A stretch of 64,000 bases of DNA from positions 16,430,001 through 16,494,000 of the forward strand of contig JBHGNT010000016.1 of assembly GCA_043228905.1 (NCBI GenBank), given 5' to 3'. Source of the stretch: Azolla caroliniana (taxonomy: Eukaryota > Plantae > Polypodiophyta). This document shows, in pieces, positions 1 to 12,616 of this stretch. The position numbers and the translations under genes were made by a program. Below the pieces are notes generated by a model. It did not search any database, had not been told where the DNA came from, and saw only the letters and a list, made by a program, of their open reading frames with translations. Each line of letters opens with the position of its first letter. Positions within the stretch are counted from its first letter, which is position 1.

Positions 1-23
1 CGCATGCGCGTAGTAACGCGACA
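1..23 (+). repeat. 3' tip of an LTR, same family as LTR 25371-25873
   Basis: cgcatgcgcgtagtaacgcgaca resembles the reverse complement of 25371-25393 (cgcacgcacgtaacaacgcgaca) and ends in CA. Confidence 0.5.
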
Positions 24-314
24 ACGGAACACAAGAAGAAATTGAGAGAGAACAGAAATGAAAGTAGACAAGATATATCCTAGAAAACTCCAAATAGGGT
101 AAAAACGCACGGGTGCCCACAGACACCAAACAAAATAACTATAAGAGAGATATACAAAGCAACTAACACATACGCACCAACTTGAGTTCGTATACCCGTA
201 TCTCTCTCTCTCTCTCTTTGTCTCTCCCGCGTAGTGTGTGTGTCCAAGCTCTGCATTAAACCTGTGTTTTCCTACGATCTGTTTTTTGTTGCTTCCACAC
301 GTTGTCTTTTGACG

Positions 315-326
315 TGGTATCAGAGC
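315..326 (+). promoter_or_regulatory. Primer binding site, tRNA-iMet
   Basis: TGGTATCAGAGC directly after a CT-rich U5. Confidence 0.9.
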
Positions 327-1076
327 GCGAGGGTTGAGAACTTCTGCAGCTGACTTAGCTCAAGGAGAAAACCTAACCTTCATAAAGAACAGGAAAAACA
401 AAATGGATAGAGGCATGGCTAGCTCGCTTCCGACCAAGAAGCTCAAGAGAAACAACCACGCGTCTTGGTCGTACAAGATGCACCAGTACCTGCTCGGGCA
501 TGGATACTGGAGCTATGTCGACGGAGCAAATGACACAACACCCGATTCGACACACAAAGACTTCCTGACTTGGGAATAGTCCGTGAGTAGAGTTCTCTAT
601 TGCTTTGTGTCTTGTGTGGGCGAACAACTTTTGAGCTATATTCGGGATGTGAAAATGCCGAAGGATGCTTGGGGAAATCTCAAAAAGATTTTCGCCACAA
701 GCACCATAGCCAGAAAACTCTGACTCCGACAAGAGCTGAGAAACTTAGAACAACACAACTTGTCGGTGGCTGATTACACCTCAAAGATCGAAGATATATG
801 CAACTCCTTAGCCTCCATCGATGTGAACATCAATGAAGGAGAGATGGTGCAAATCTGTCTCGGGGGATTGGTGTCGAAGTTCGGAGCGTTCCGAACAGTT
901 GTGGGGAGAATACGCCGTTGTTTTTCTACCTACAATCAATGTTCCTTATAGAGGAAAACCACGCAGGTGCGCCGACGAGTACGCATGCCAATAGGAAGAT
1001 GTTATACACGGAGGGAAATAGGCTCCGTGGTCGTGGCAGACCAGGCGAGTCGGTGCGCAATGGAGGTGGTCGATGG

Positions 1077-2072
1077 TGTCGTGAAGATTTTCGGCGATAG
1101 TGTGAAACTTGTGCGGAACATACGAAATATAAAACAATAATAGTGAAGATACTATTTTAAATAAGTTTAATATCTTGGTACAAAAAGATGGAGGTCTGGA
1201 AGAACTTTTGAATGCACTTTCCGACATAACAAACAGTCAACTAAGTGTGAAGTTATGTGGGTATGAAGTTGCGAGAAAAAAGAAAAGAAAAGAAAAGAAA
1301 AGAAAAACAAACCTATGAGATGTCCCACATAAATAGGACAAACAAGGATCCTACAATATATAAAGCAAAGCGAAAAGCTATTATTTTGTGTCTATGTGTG
1401 GAGCATAAAGAGTTCAAGGTGACTTGAATTAAGTTAATCAAATGAATGGGTGACGGAACCAGCTCGAGATGCGAACGGAACTGGATCGGGATGCGGCGAC
1501 CGGTTGGGGATGCGGACCAAATGGGTGCAAATCGGACGGATCGGTTGATCGTGGTGCATGGTGTCTTAAAGATATTTGGTATAATTACAAGACCAAAAGC
1601 CTAATAGTATTTTGTGCTTTAAAAAGGGATGTATGCAAGACTTAAACATTGCATCTCCAAGTTGAGAGTCTATAGGCTTAACATTAAGCCAAATCATTTC
1701 TTTAGGGATATATTTTTTATTACTATACTTTTACATGTAATTCTCATACATGAGAGGTTAGATGATGACATGCCAAGCATGCATTGCATCCATTTCATGC
1801 AATTCGTGCATGTCTTGCACCCTCACATGCACCATATGCATGGGGGCATCTATAAAAGAGTGGAGGAATCAAGAAAGTGGACAACTATGCATTAATCAAG
1901 AAATTAAGAGGAAGAAAATTCGTTATTCCATTTTTGTGATGTATTAATTTTGTCTCTTTCAATCTATCTTAAATACTTTCGCGCTAAAACTTGTGCAAAC
2001 TTTGAATTCTTCTGATCCCGAACCCGACAGTTCCGCCTCACGATCCACACGTAGTGACGGATCTTCATGACA
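1077..2072 (+). repeat. 5' LTR
   Basis: ~1 kb direct repeat of 7499-8524; TG...CA ends; TATA-like ctataaaag near 1850. Confidence 0.95.
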
Positions 2073-2082
2073 TAATTAAGCA

Positions 2083-2098
2083 GTGAACCCGACGTGAA
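2083..2098 (+). promoter_or_regulatory. Primer binding site complementary to tRNA-Trp 3' end
   Basis: GTGAACCCGACGTGAA is complementary to plant tRNA-Trp ...TTCACGTCGGGTTCAC(CA). Confidence 0.8.
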
Positions 2099-4344
2099 AG
2101 AGGCGGCAAGAAGGACCAAATCGAGGATTGACCGATATTTGGAGATGGCGTCCTCAAGCAATCAAGCGGGAGAGTTCGAAAGGATGATGTTGATCGTCGA
2201 ACAAATGATGAGATCTCGAGACAACGATGCGAGCGTGGAGAAGGCTGTCGACCGTGTCGCTGAGCTGGAGGGTCAATTTGATGGAAGGAACATTACGAAG
2301 TTCCTTGATGCATACAAAAGGGAGATGAATCAGAGGGACATGTCTGAAGTGCATCAAATCACGAGTTTCAAGAGAGTGGTAGCCAAAAACATCCAAAGAC
2401 GCGTGATCGAGCTTCAAGAAGGCAAGACAACGTGGTCCGAATTTGAGAAAGTGATATTAGCGAAGTTTGCGATGGAATATTTGTCGAGGTTGACTCAACA
2501 TGGCTTGATGAAGTGGATAGAGAAGAAAAATAAGAAGATGAGCACCTCGAGGGTGTACGATGAATTCGACCAAGTGTTTCGTCATCTCCCCGCCACAGAC
2601 CAAGTGCTACTTGAGGAGGACAAACCTTTGTACTTCCTAAAGGCTGTGGATATAAAGGATAGACGAGAAGTGGGTACTCTCCTCCAAGATGATACCCAAG
2701 CGAACGGGCTTGTGGCGGACTGGGTTGCGGTGAAGCGAGCATGCAATAGGCTCGACAAGCATCGTTAGTGGGTTGATGACACCGACTTGGCGGGATCAAC
2801 TATCGCGGAGAAAACAAGACAACCGAAAGTAGCTCAGTCGCCCAAACAAAGCAGCCCGGAAGAAAAGAAGATTGATGACGACATCATCGAAGAGCTAGCG
2901 AAGAAGTTCAAGATGGTCACACTAGCCAACATGAATCGTCAGGGCCCCAAAGGAAAAGAACCCTTTAGATGTGTGTGGTGTGATAGCCTTGACCACATGA
3001 GAAGGGATTGTGCGAGCCTTTGAGAGGCGATTCGACAAAATATCGTATACATGGATGACAACATGATCTGCTGGACTGAAACTCGAAGACCCTTGCGGGT
3101 GAATTTTGGAAGAGGGGGAATGAAGAAATCTATGGAAGATGTTGAGGCGACTCATGTGGATGCAATGCACTATGTTGCAACGGCTGGAATTAGAGTCAGA
3201 AAAGATAAAAATGAAGCTGCTAGAACGGGAACAAAGTTTTGGTCTACCGTTTTCGAGTATGAGAAGAAGGGAAAAGTCACTTTGAACAAGGTAGAGCTTG
3301 CGGATAGAAGTGTACAAAGTATACCCGGATGGTCGGATCTGGTAGATGACAACACCATACTCGCAGAAGTGATGTGTGACAACCATGAGGTGTTCGTGGA
3401 TGAAAAGAGAAAAACAATGGAAGGGCAAAGATAGCCCATCAAAAAGACATGAAACAAGGATCATGAAGAAGAAAGAAGATGCAAAAGCAACTCAAGCTTT
3501 ACAAACGGAGGATGGAGACTCAAGACGGAAAGAAGAGTCAAGCAAACGAGTCGAAGAAACGGTTCAACCCGTGAAGGTTGGAGTTGAAGACCCCGCTCGG
3601 AAGACAAGAACTATGCCTACCTATAAGCTAAGGTCGGGCATAGAGCAGACGACAGACCTGAAGAAGATTCTCGAGGAACACGTTCTTGATAGCCATGTCA
3701 CTTTGTCCTTGAGGGAATTACTCGGCATTACGAAGGAGTTCCATGACACGATCGTGGACCTTGTAAAGAGAAAACGACAACAATTGGACGAGGAAGAAGA
3801 GAAGCCACAAAAAGCAAAAACAAATTCCATAACGATGGCAAGGGACAAAGTCGATGAAGATATGGTGGACAACCACTATACTCGACTTCATTGGGCATGA
3901 GCGACAACGAAGACGCTGGTGAAGATTGGGGAGAAGAAAGAGACCGTGGTAGCCTTGATCGACCATGGCTCCGAAATCAACCTTATGTCGACAGAAGTCT
4001 ATAGGAAGGGAAGATGGCCCATAAATACAAATCATGGGTGGAAGATCCGTGTTGCTACAAAAGCTACCGAAGACTTGTACGGGGCATATCCTAACATCCC
4101 CATCACGATTGGCAATGTCGAGATAGATCAACATTTTTTTGTTCAAGACTCGGCGTCCCATCCCATCATTCTTGGGCAACTGTACATAACATCATCACGG
4201 ATGGAAACCAAAGTGTTCGACAATAGTGCGGCATTTGCTCGAGTAAGGAGTCTTGATGGGAAGAAGGTCGTACAATTCTTGATTGTATGTGCCAACCATG
4301 AAAGGAATCAGGATTTTCTCGAAAAAGATGCTTCGGATTTTTAG
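2094..4344 (+). pseudogene. gypsy gag plus aspartic protease, with stops and frameshifts
   Basis: FDGRNITKFL gag motif; knuckle CVWCDSLDHMRRDC; protease LIDHGSEINL...PIILG. Confidence 0.88.
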
Positions 4345-4514
4345 AGCGGACTATTGAAGCATGATGCACAAATAGTCCGAGCAATCACAAGTCCCCACAA
4401 GAAAATAGAGCGCGTGGATTGCGAGGAGAAGCAACATATGTCACAACTAGTGGCGCATGTAAACTAGTACTACCCGACAAGAGGGACTAGTGTCGGATAC
4501 AAGACTTCGAGAAG

Positions 4515-7426
4515 ATGCTGAAAGAAGAAAACATAATAGAAGAAGAAGAGTTTGTGACCCATATTATGGAAGAAGCCTCATTTAACGACACCATCGGCGA
4601 AATCGAGGAAGTCATGGACTTGAGTTATCTTCATGATCAACACGTGATTTCGGTTCATTCCATCAACATGTATGCTATCAACAATGAATACCATCGTGGC
4701 ATCTTGATGGAGGAAGCTGTAGTCAACACAATATATAAAACGGTGGATAAGAAGATCAAGCTAGTTGTGGTTCCGCTACCGGAAGATAGCTGGCAAAAGA
4801 TGAAGGAAGTTGTTAATGATCCAAGCTTAAGGGATCCAAAGGTCATGTCTTCACCGAAGAGACGAAGGGAAAGCTATGAGTTGGAAGGGAGGATTTCCTC
4901 CTCCCTGAAGAAGAGGGAATGTTTTGTGACATGCTTGAGAGACATGGGAAGGCTTTTGCATTTTTCCCACAAGAAATCGAATGTGTTGATCCAAGGATGA
5001 TAGAGCTGATGGTGATCTTCACGGTGCCGCATGCACCTTGGAATTTGAAACCAATATCGGTTCCGAGAGCACACCTACCAAAGTTGATCGAGCTCTTAAA
5101 GGAGAAGGTGAATATGGGAATTCTGGAACCATCGAATGCTCCTTTTTCTAATAGGTGGTTCACGGTGCCAAAGAAGGATAGATCATTGCGATTCATCCAA
5201 GATCTTCAACCCGTCAAAAAGGTGCCAATTCGGAATGCTGGAATCGGTCCGAGCATGGACGAATTTGCCGAAGCGTTTCCGGGGTGGTCCATCTACTCCA
5301 TTGGCGATCTCTACTCTGGATATGACCAATTCCAGTTGGCGATCGATAGTCGTGACATTAGAACCATGAGGAATCCGATCGGGCTCGTGTGGATGTATAC
5401 CTTACCTCAAGGTGCAACGAACTCAGTTGTTCATATGGTGAATACCATGAACAAGGTCTTGAAGGATTGCATCCCGGACATCACGATGTTGTTCTTGGAT
5501 GATATTCCGATAAAAGGATGTTCGGATGAGAAGAAAGATGAATCGAAAGATAAGGAAGGGTGTAGAAAGTTCGTCGCGGATCATATGAAAGATTGTGAGA
5601 AGGTGCTCCAAAGGCTCGAAGATGCGAATTTGACATTTTTGGGAGAAAAATCTGCATTCGGGCAACCAGAGATCTTGGTGGTAGGTCACTTGTGCGGAGC
5701 ATACGGCCGGAAGCCTTCGCCATCTAAGGTGAACACGATCCAGGATATGAAAGAAGAATGCGTAAACCAAACGCAGGTTCGAAGGTTCCTTGGAGCATGC
5801 GCATTTTATCATATCTGGATTCCGCACTACGCCCATGTTGTCGAGCCTTTATATGGATTGCTAAAGAAAAGAATGAAGTTGGAATGGCAAAACAAGCACA
5901 CAAACGCGATGCGAAGATTGAAGAAACTACTACTTGAAGCTCCAGCACTAAGAAAGGCCGACTATACCGAAGGGAATCCGATTTATCTGACTGTCACCCT
6001 TGACTTCTTCAAGATGGCCTGACTATCAGCGGAAGACAAGGATACGCTAACCCTCCACGCCTTCAACGAGGATGAGTATGAAGGAGAGTGGTTACTGATC
6101 GGTAGATTCTTAAGAACTATGACGACGGATGCTTCATTGACGAAGGAGGAGGCTCTACGAATTCGGAAGAAAGCCTACCAATACTTCTTGAGGGGAGGAT
6201 TCCTTTGGCGACACCCAAAAAGCAGGACAGGAATGCCACGTCGAGTGGTGGTAAAGAAAGCAGAGCAAGTGACGCTAATGACCGAATTCCACGAGAGTGC
6301 CTGGGCAGGTCATAGAGGAACATGGGCGACGTTCGAGAAGTTGAAGGAGAAGTACTAGTGGCCAAGTATGTACAAAGATGTACTCCATTTCGTGTCCACA
6401 TGCGAAACATGCCAAGTACATTCGAATGTACGTCATTGTGGCGAGCTACGATCAACATACCCGCTCACCATACACTTCAAATGGATGGTGGATCTGGTCT
6501 CAATGCCAATGGGAGTGGGACAAATGAAGTACTTAGCTATGGTAAGAGAAGACTTGACAAATCAAGTGGAAGGACGGGCCTTGACAAATAAGACGACGTC
6601 GGCTGTTTGCAAATTTCTACTCGAAGAGGTTGTCTACCGATACGGATGTGTGGGAAAGATAGTCGCCGACCGAGGGGAGTTGGATGCACACGAAGCAACA
6701 AAGCTTTTCGAACGACTAGGTGTGAAGCTCTCCCTCACGACTGCCTACAATCCAGAAGCGAATGGGAAGATCGAGCGAGGGCATGAACCTATCGTCAAAG
6801 CCATTGTACGAGCATGCAACAGTCGAGTCGGGAATCGGCCATGACTATTTCCCTATGCCTTGTGGGCTGACAAAACGACACACAACTCGATGATAAGGTA
6901 AATGCCAATGGAGCTTATGTATGGACAAAAGTTGGTAATGCCCATCAAAAGGACGATCGCCTCATGGGTAGTGATACCATGGGAGAACGAGATGAGCCAA
7001 GAAGAGTTATTAGTGGCACAGATAAGGCAACTTGAAAGAAGACCTGAAGATCTAGAAAAATCGCGAAAGATGATGGAGGAAGCCCGGGTGAAGAACAAAA
7101 TTATGTTCGACAAGACGCATCGACTGCGTCCCACGAAGATTGAAGAAGGAGATTGGGTATTGGTCTACGACAACAGCCTTGACCATCAACACAGTACAAC
7201 AAGAAAGTTCACAAGAAGATGGTTCGGACCGTATGTGGTGACAAGTGCCAACGATAATGCCACATACCACCTTGCGAAGCTAGATGGATCAAGGTTGGCT
7301 ATACCCATTGTGGGGAAAAGAGTAAAGATTTTCAAGAAAAGACAGGACGAGGATCCTGACCTTGATCACCTTGATGATGAAGATAATAGGACGGATGTGA
7401 ATGAGGACGTGGAAGAATCTGATTGA
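4515..7426 (+). pseudogene. gypsy RT and integrase; most of RNase H deleted near 6000
   Basis: RT motifs DLYSGYDQF, LPQGATNS, FLDD; integrase H..GH...C..C, VDLV, DRGE, YNPEANGKIER, WFGPY; RH breaks off after IYLTV. Confidence 0.9.
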
Positions 7427-7498
7427 TCACCATAGCCTAAATCTCGCACTCTCTCTTCTTGGCACGTACCGGAGGACGTGCGGTTTGGTGGGGGTGGA

Positions 7499-8524
7499 TG
7501 TCATGAAGATTTTCAACGATAGTGTGAAACTTGTGAGGAACATACGAAATCGAGTATGGTTCTTCTCACGAAATATAGAACAATAATAGTGAAGATACTA
7601 TTCTAAATAAGTTTAATATCTTGGCACAAAAAGATGGAGGTCTTGAAGAGTTTTTAAATGCACTTTCCTACATAACAAACAACCAACTAAGTGTGAAGTT
7701 ATGTGGGTATGAAGTTCTGACAAAAAAGAAAAGAAAAGAAAAACAAACTTGTCAGATGTCCCACATAGATAGGACAAATAAGGATCCTACAATATATAAA
7801 GCAAAGCCAAAAGTTATTACTTTGTGTCAATGTGTGGAGCATAGAAAGTTCAAGGTGACTTGAACTAAGTTAATCAAATGAATGGGTGTGGCCTAGCTAC
7901 TTGAAAAAGTTCTGGCCAACTAAAACCGGACCGGTGGCGGCCACCAGTGACCGGCCGGTGATGAAACCGGCTCGGGATGCGAACGGAACCGGCTAGGGAT
8001 GCGGACCAAACAGGTGCAAATCGGACGGATCGGTTGATCGTGGTGCATGGTGTCTTAAAGATATTTGGTATAATTACAAGACCAAAAGCCTAATAGTATT
8101 TTGTTCTTTAAAAATGGATGTATGCAAGACTTAAACATTGCACCTCCAAGTTGGGAATCTATAGGCTTAACATTAAGCCAAATCATTTCTCTAGGGATAT
8201 ATTTTTTATCACTATACTTTTACATGTAATTCTCATACATGAGAGCTTAGATGATGAAATGGCAAGCATGCATTGCATGCATTCCGTGCATGTCTTGCAT
8301 CTATAAAATAGTGGAGGAATCAAGCAAGTGGAGAGCTATGTATTAATCAAGAAATTAAGAGGAGGAAAATTCGTTATTTCATTTTTGTGATGTATTAATC
8401 TTGTCTCTTTCAATCTATCTTAAATACTTTCGTGCTAAAACTTGTGCAAACTTTGAATCCTTCCGGTCTAGAACCCCGGCGGTTCTACCTGGCGATCCGC
8501 ACATAGTGACGAATCTTCATGACA
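7499..8524 (+). repeat. 3' LTR
   Basis: Copy of 1077-2072 preceded by PPT. Confidence 0.95.
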
Positions 8525-9311
8525 ACGGGATCAAGGAAGAAGGCACCGTAGTGATGCCGACAACAATTCCGGACCCTCCGGAAACAAGGGGGAGTCGAGG
8601 TGACGAGAACAGGCAAGGGAAATCCGTCACGGAATGCTGGTACTATGGCAAGAAAGGCCACAAGGAGAGCGAATGCTAGAAGAAGCGCGCCAATTCGAAG
8701 AAAACCGGATCCAGATTCGGACGAACCGACAAAGGAAATCGACAGCGATCGCACTACGTCGAAGGATCCGAAAAAATCGGAAAGGGGTTAGCCTTCGTGA
8801 CAAGACACGAGGCGAACTCGATGAAGAAGACCACCCTGAAATCGGACGAGGTGTGGTACGTTGATTATGACGCGTCAAACCACATGACGAGCCATAAGGA
8901 GAGGTTCTGATACCTTGAGAAACCGATGCAACTAGGAGTAGTTGCAACAGGAGACGACAGTCTGCACCTGATCGAGAATGTCGGTGAAGTTCCCTTGAGC
9001 CATGTAGGGCCAAAAGGGAAACTCATGAACGTGTTACATGTCCCAACAATCACGAAGAATCTAGTGTCAGTCGAGAAGATCATCGACTAGGGGATGCAAG
9101 TCCGATTCACGCATCTCGGGTGCTTCATCGAGGAGGAAGGCCAAGTTATTTCGCAAAGGCGTAGAGACGAGAGGATGTTTATCCTCGACACCAATGTCAT
9201 TCGGATGTATGGAAGCCGTCATAGAATGTTAGTCCTGGCGGGAGTTGATATTTTGTTTCCTTCATCAAGGACTACACGTGGCACATGTGGATCTATCTCA
9301 TTGAAAAGAAG

Positions 9312-11160
9312 TGTTACGGGCATGACCATTTAATATCCCGTGGTGAGAATTTACCGTAGTATTCTATACACGTGGATAAGTGTGAGTGTTAAACGAGAGT
9401 GTAAAGAAGGGGAGGATTACTTTTAATCCTCGGGATTGAGACAACCCATTAGGTCAAGTGTGAACTTGCCTGGGGGCCTTGGGTATCACTATAAATAAGA
9501 GGCCTAGCTACCCTCATTTCTTCATCTTTTGACTACATCGAGACTTTGCTCTTGTGGTGGGTCAACTCTTGTAGCGAGCGCGCCAGCACCAGGTACGACT
9601 CGATGCCACGGCGGTGGTATGGGACGCTGATCGAGGCTCGAGTCCGTCTCGATCCCTTCGCTCGGGGGTGGTCGGGTCGATCGGCACCCTTCTTTCTCTT
9701 TCTCCTTTCTATCTATCATTTGTTTATCCTTATCTTAAGCTTACTTTATTACTTAGATCTCTAATATTTGGTATCAGATTTATGTACTAATGTTTCTTTG
9801 TTTTTCATTTGTGTTTTGATTGATGCTGATCGATTGATGTGCGGTCGGCCTTGATCCAGACAACGATCAACAAAGAACTTCGGTAACTCTTTCCATAATT
9901 TTTCTTTCTATTCTCTCTTCTCCCATCTAATCATGTGTTTAGTTTATATGTCATTTTTTTTCATTAAGTCAATGATGTTGTAGTGGTCTTTAATTGATTA
10001 TCTAAAATGTTTACATATGTGCACGAGGTCAATACCTCGTTTGACATATTAATAATATGTGATGAGTGTCATATGTGTACGAGGTTAATACCTCAATTAC
10101 GTATTACGTTCACGAACATATGTTACGTTTGCGTATGAGTTTAATACCTTGATTTGTTGTAAACGATATGTGGTTGGTCTCGTATACGTAAGAGGTCAAT
10201 ACCTCAATTGTGTATTACGATGATCTCTTATTTGTGGATGTTTCGTGTGCGTAGAGGTATATACCTGGATTACGTATCTCGATCACATCATTTGTGGCTA
10301 TTTAATATAACGATATGTTAATATAGGCATATGTGGTCACGTATATACGTATTTGATCGTATATATGTGATAAGTAAACATATGTGTATATTCGTTATTA
10401 CGTGATTATATCGAAAGTTGTCCTTGTCGGGAAAAGGATGTTAGTGGCCGTCCTCACATTTTTGTGAGAATGGCGTTGTCACCATCCCTTTTTCAACAAT
10501 TTTTTATTGTTGACAACCCCGTTGATGACCTCGATTTCGTTACGTAAAGAAACGCCTATAGCCATAACGATGTTGAGTACATAGGGCTTGACCCACTTCA
10601 AGTGAGGTCGCTCCAATGACACAAGTATCCAACATCCCTCCCTCGTTACATGGATACGATGCCACCATGAGCTCGTTCTTACGAGAGGCATTCGTAATGA
10701 CGTGACCATGTGATGGGCCACATGGGCCTACTACGAAACGAGGGCTCATTTGGCTTGACCATTAGGTTGCACTTTGGTGTATGCCATCGTAATTACGAGA
10801 CTTGAGGTTAGGTAACGTACCAACATAGTTTTGGTAAATGAGGGCGAAATAAGGACCCGTGACATATATGTTCTTTTAGAAAAAACATATATGATCAAAT
10901 GCCTCACATATCTCTTATACGCATCAAACATTAAGCATTCAAGAAGAGCAACTTACTTGGTTGGCTCAAGTGTTTAATGTATGTGTTCTCGAGGTCTCGA
11001 GTTCAAATATGACCAAGACCATACAACATCCTTGATACATATGACTATAACACATGTTTAGACTTAAGGTCTAAGTGCACCTCGGGGTCCTCGTAATAGG
11101 ACTTAAAGAGCCGAAACCACATATGTGGGCACCGAAACATAGTTTATTGTTTACATTTTT
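9312..11160 (+). mobile_element. 5' LTR (9312-9766), Met PBS (9769-9778) and long non-coding AT-rich leader of a further LTR family
   Basis: TGTTAC start; homologous to LTRs ~16023-16486 and 16969-17427; tggtatcaga PBS. Confidence 0.8.
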
Positions 11161-11175
11161 TTGAAGACTGTTAAA

Positions 11176-12570
11176 TGGACCCAAGTCGAGTTACAAAAGG
11201 CCAACGCACGCATTGCGGAGTTGGAACGTAACGCAACTACGGCACAGTAGGCAGCTGAACCAACAGTCAACGCTGTCGAGACCTTGAGAGAAGAAATTGA
11301 GGCCCAGACCACCATTGCCTCAAAAGAAAAACGGGTCGTGCAACTGGCGGAATCAGAGATTGACGATCTCAGCTCCAAACTTCGCCAGTCCTCGGATGGA
11401 GAAAAGGATATCCGGGCCAACGGCCAAAAGGTAGTGAGGACCCTTGAAGAGAAACTCGCAGCGGAGGCAGCACAGCACACTCGGACGAAGGAAGAAAACA
11501 CCCAATTACGAGAGGAAACGAAAAAATCGAAAGCAGCGATTGTGGGACTCTAGGCCTTATTGGAGAAGAAGAAAGTAGGGTTTGACGAGCAGCTTCTAGG
11601 GGAACAAGAGAGAAGGCACCAGCTCGAAATCCACCTGAACAATGAAATGGGAAAGCTGGAAGAATTACATTCAAAGAAATCTCAGCTATGGGCAGGAATG
11701 AGGAGCACTTATGAAGAAGCGACGGCGGTTAGTAAACAAGAAATCGAAAACCTCAAGAAAACCGTAGAAGAAGCATGCAACCGTTGCCAAGCAATAACCG
11801 ACGATGTGCGCATACTTCTTCAAACAAATCGGGAGAGATTTACGGTGCAATTAAAACCGGTGCTAGACAAAGGCTGGATGGCGTGGGCCACACAAGCGAC
11901 GGAATTGCATACATATTGGACGGACTGGGAGAACTGAAGGAAAGACGGCCGAGGGTTCTACAAACTCAATGAAGAAAGCATTGCGGCCATACGCGAGGAC
12001 CTAGCGCAGGACTATCGCACGCTAGCGGACCAACACTCTGAGGAACTCGCGTAGCTACTAGACGATTTTGGCGAAAGTTAGGAGGACCTATTTCACCAGA
12101 TCGTGCAAGCCGGAAGCACGCGAACAAAAGAGGAATCCATCGCAATACCAATCCCCGATACTGCCGACCAAGAGGAACCTCAACCCATGTCATCGAAAAT
12201 AACCACTCCAGTGGACAGCACGGAACGGCAAGTGGAGCCCCCCGCGATACTAGAAAGCGAAACCACCATCCAATAGGAACCCCAGCCCCATTCACCAGGG
12301 CGTACGACTACGGCCGACACCTCAAAGGAAGTTACGGACGAGACAGAACCTCGACCTACCGCAAGCCCGCCGACGCCGGAACCAACCACAATAGCACAAG
12401 ATGAGCCCGCAGAGCCCGGACCGCCCACACAAGAAACCAACGACACCAGGGGAAGTCCTACCCATCAAGTAATGGAACCACGCAACGACGCGCCTACGGA
12501 CATACGCTATCCCCGAACCCGGACACCCGAGCAGAACCAAACATCAGGGACATTTTGGAGGAAGATTAAA
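11176..12570 (+). pseudogene. C-terminal part of the extra coiled-coil ORF of an Athila/Tat-like gypsy element
   Basis: Heptad-rich translation; WMAWATQATELHTYWTDWEN*RKDG...IREDLAQDYRTLAD aligns with WMKWAQNTAELQLLRADVENRRKEG...IRDELAEDFTALAD of ORF 32165-32698. Confidence 0.75.
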
Positions 12571-12616
12571 GGGGTGGGTCTGACGTGCCATGGCACTGTC
12601 CCACAGGCGTGCCAGG

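Larger units (their letters stand above)
1077..8524 (+). mobile_element. Full-length decayed Ty3/gypsy (non-chromovirus) LTR retrotransposon
   Basis: LTRs 1077-2072 and 7499-8524 (TGTC...GACA); PBS 2083-2098; PPT ggtgggggtgga before 7499; gag-PR-RT-IN order; 4-bp TSD atgg/acgg. Confidence 0.95.
180..9311 (+). mobile_element. Degraded Ty1/copia element (LTR end, PBS, gag, zinc knuckle, protease, integrase fragment), interrupted by gypsy 1077-8524
   Basis: PBS tggtatcagagc 315-326; gag MDRGMASSLPTKKL...SWSYKMHQYLLGHGYW from 403; gag resumes after 8524 with knuckle ECWYYGKKGHKESEC and protease-like WYVDYDASNHM; many stops; homologous to copies at 51733-53204 and 53388-57854. Confidence 0.88.

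Noticed and set aside
1629-1947. Short ORFs inside LTRs, and antisense ORFs over pol throughout the window
   Set aside because: Chance ORFs with no motifs, not conserved between LTR copies
10025-10270. CRISPR-like regularly spaced palindromes
   Set aside because: Eukaryotic context, no cas genes, degenerate repeats and spacers similar to each other
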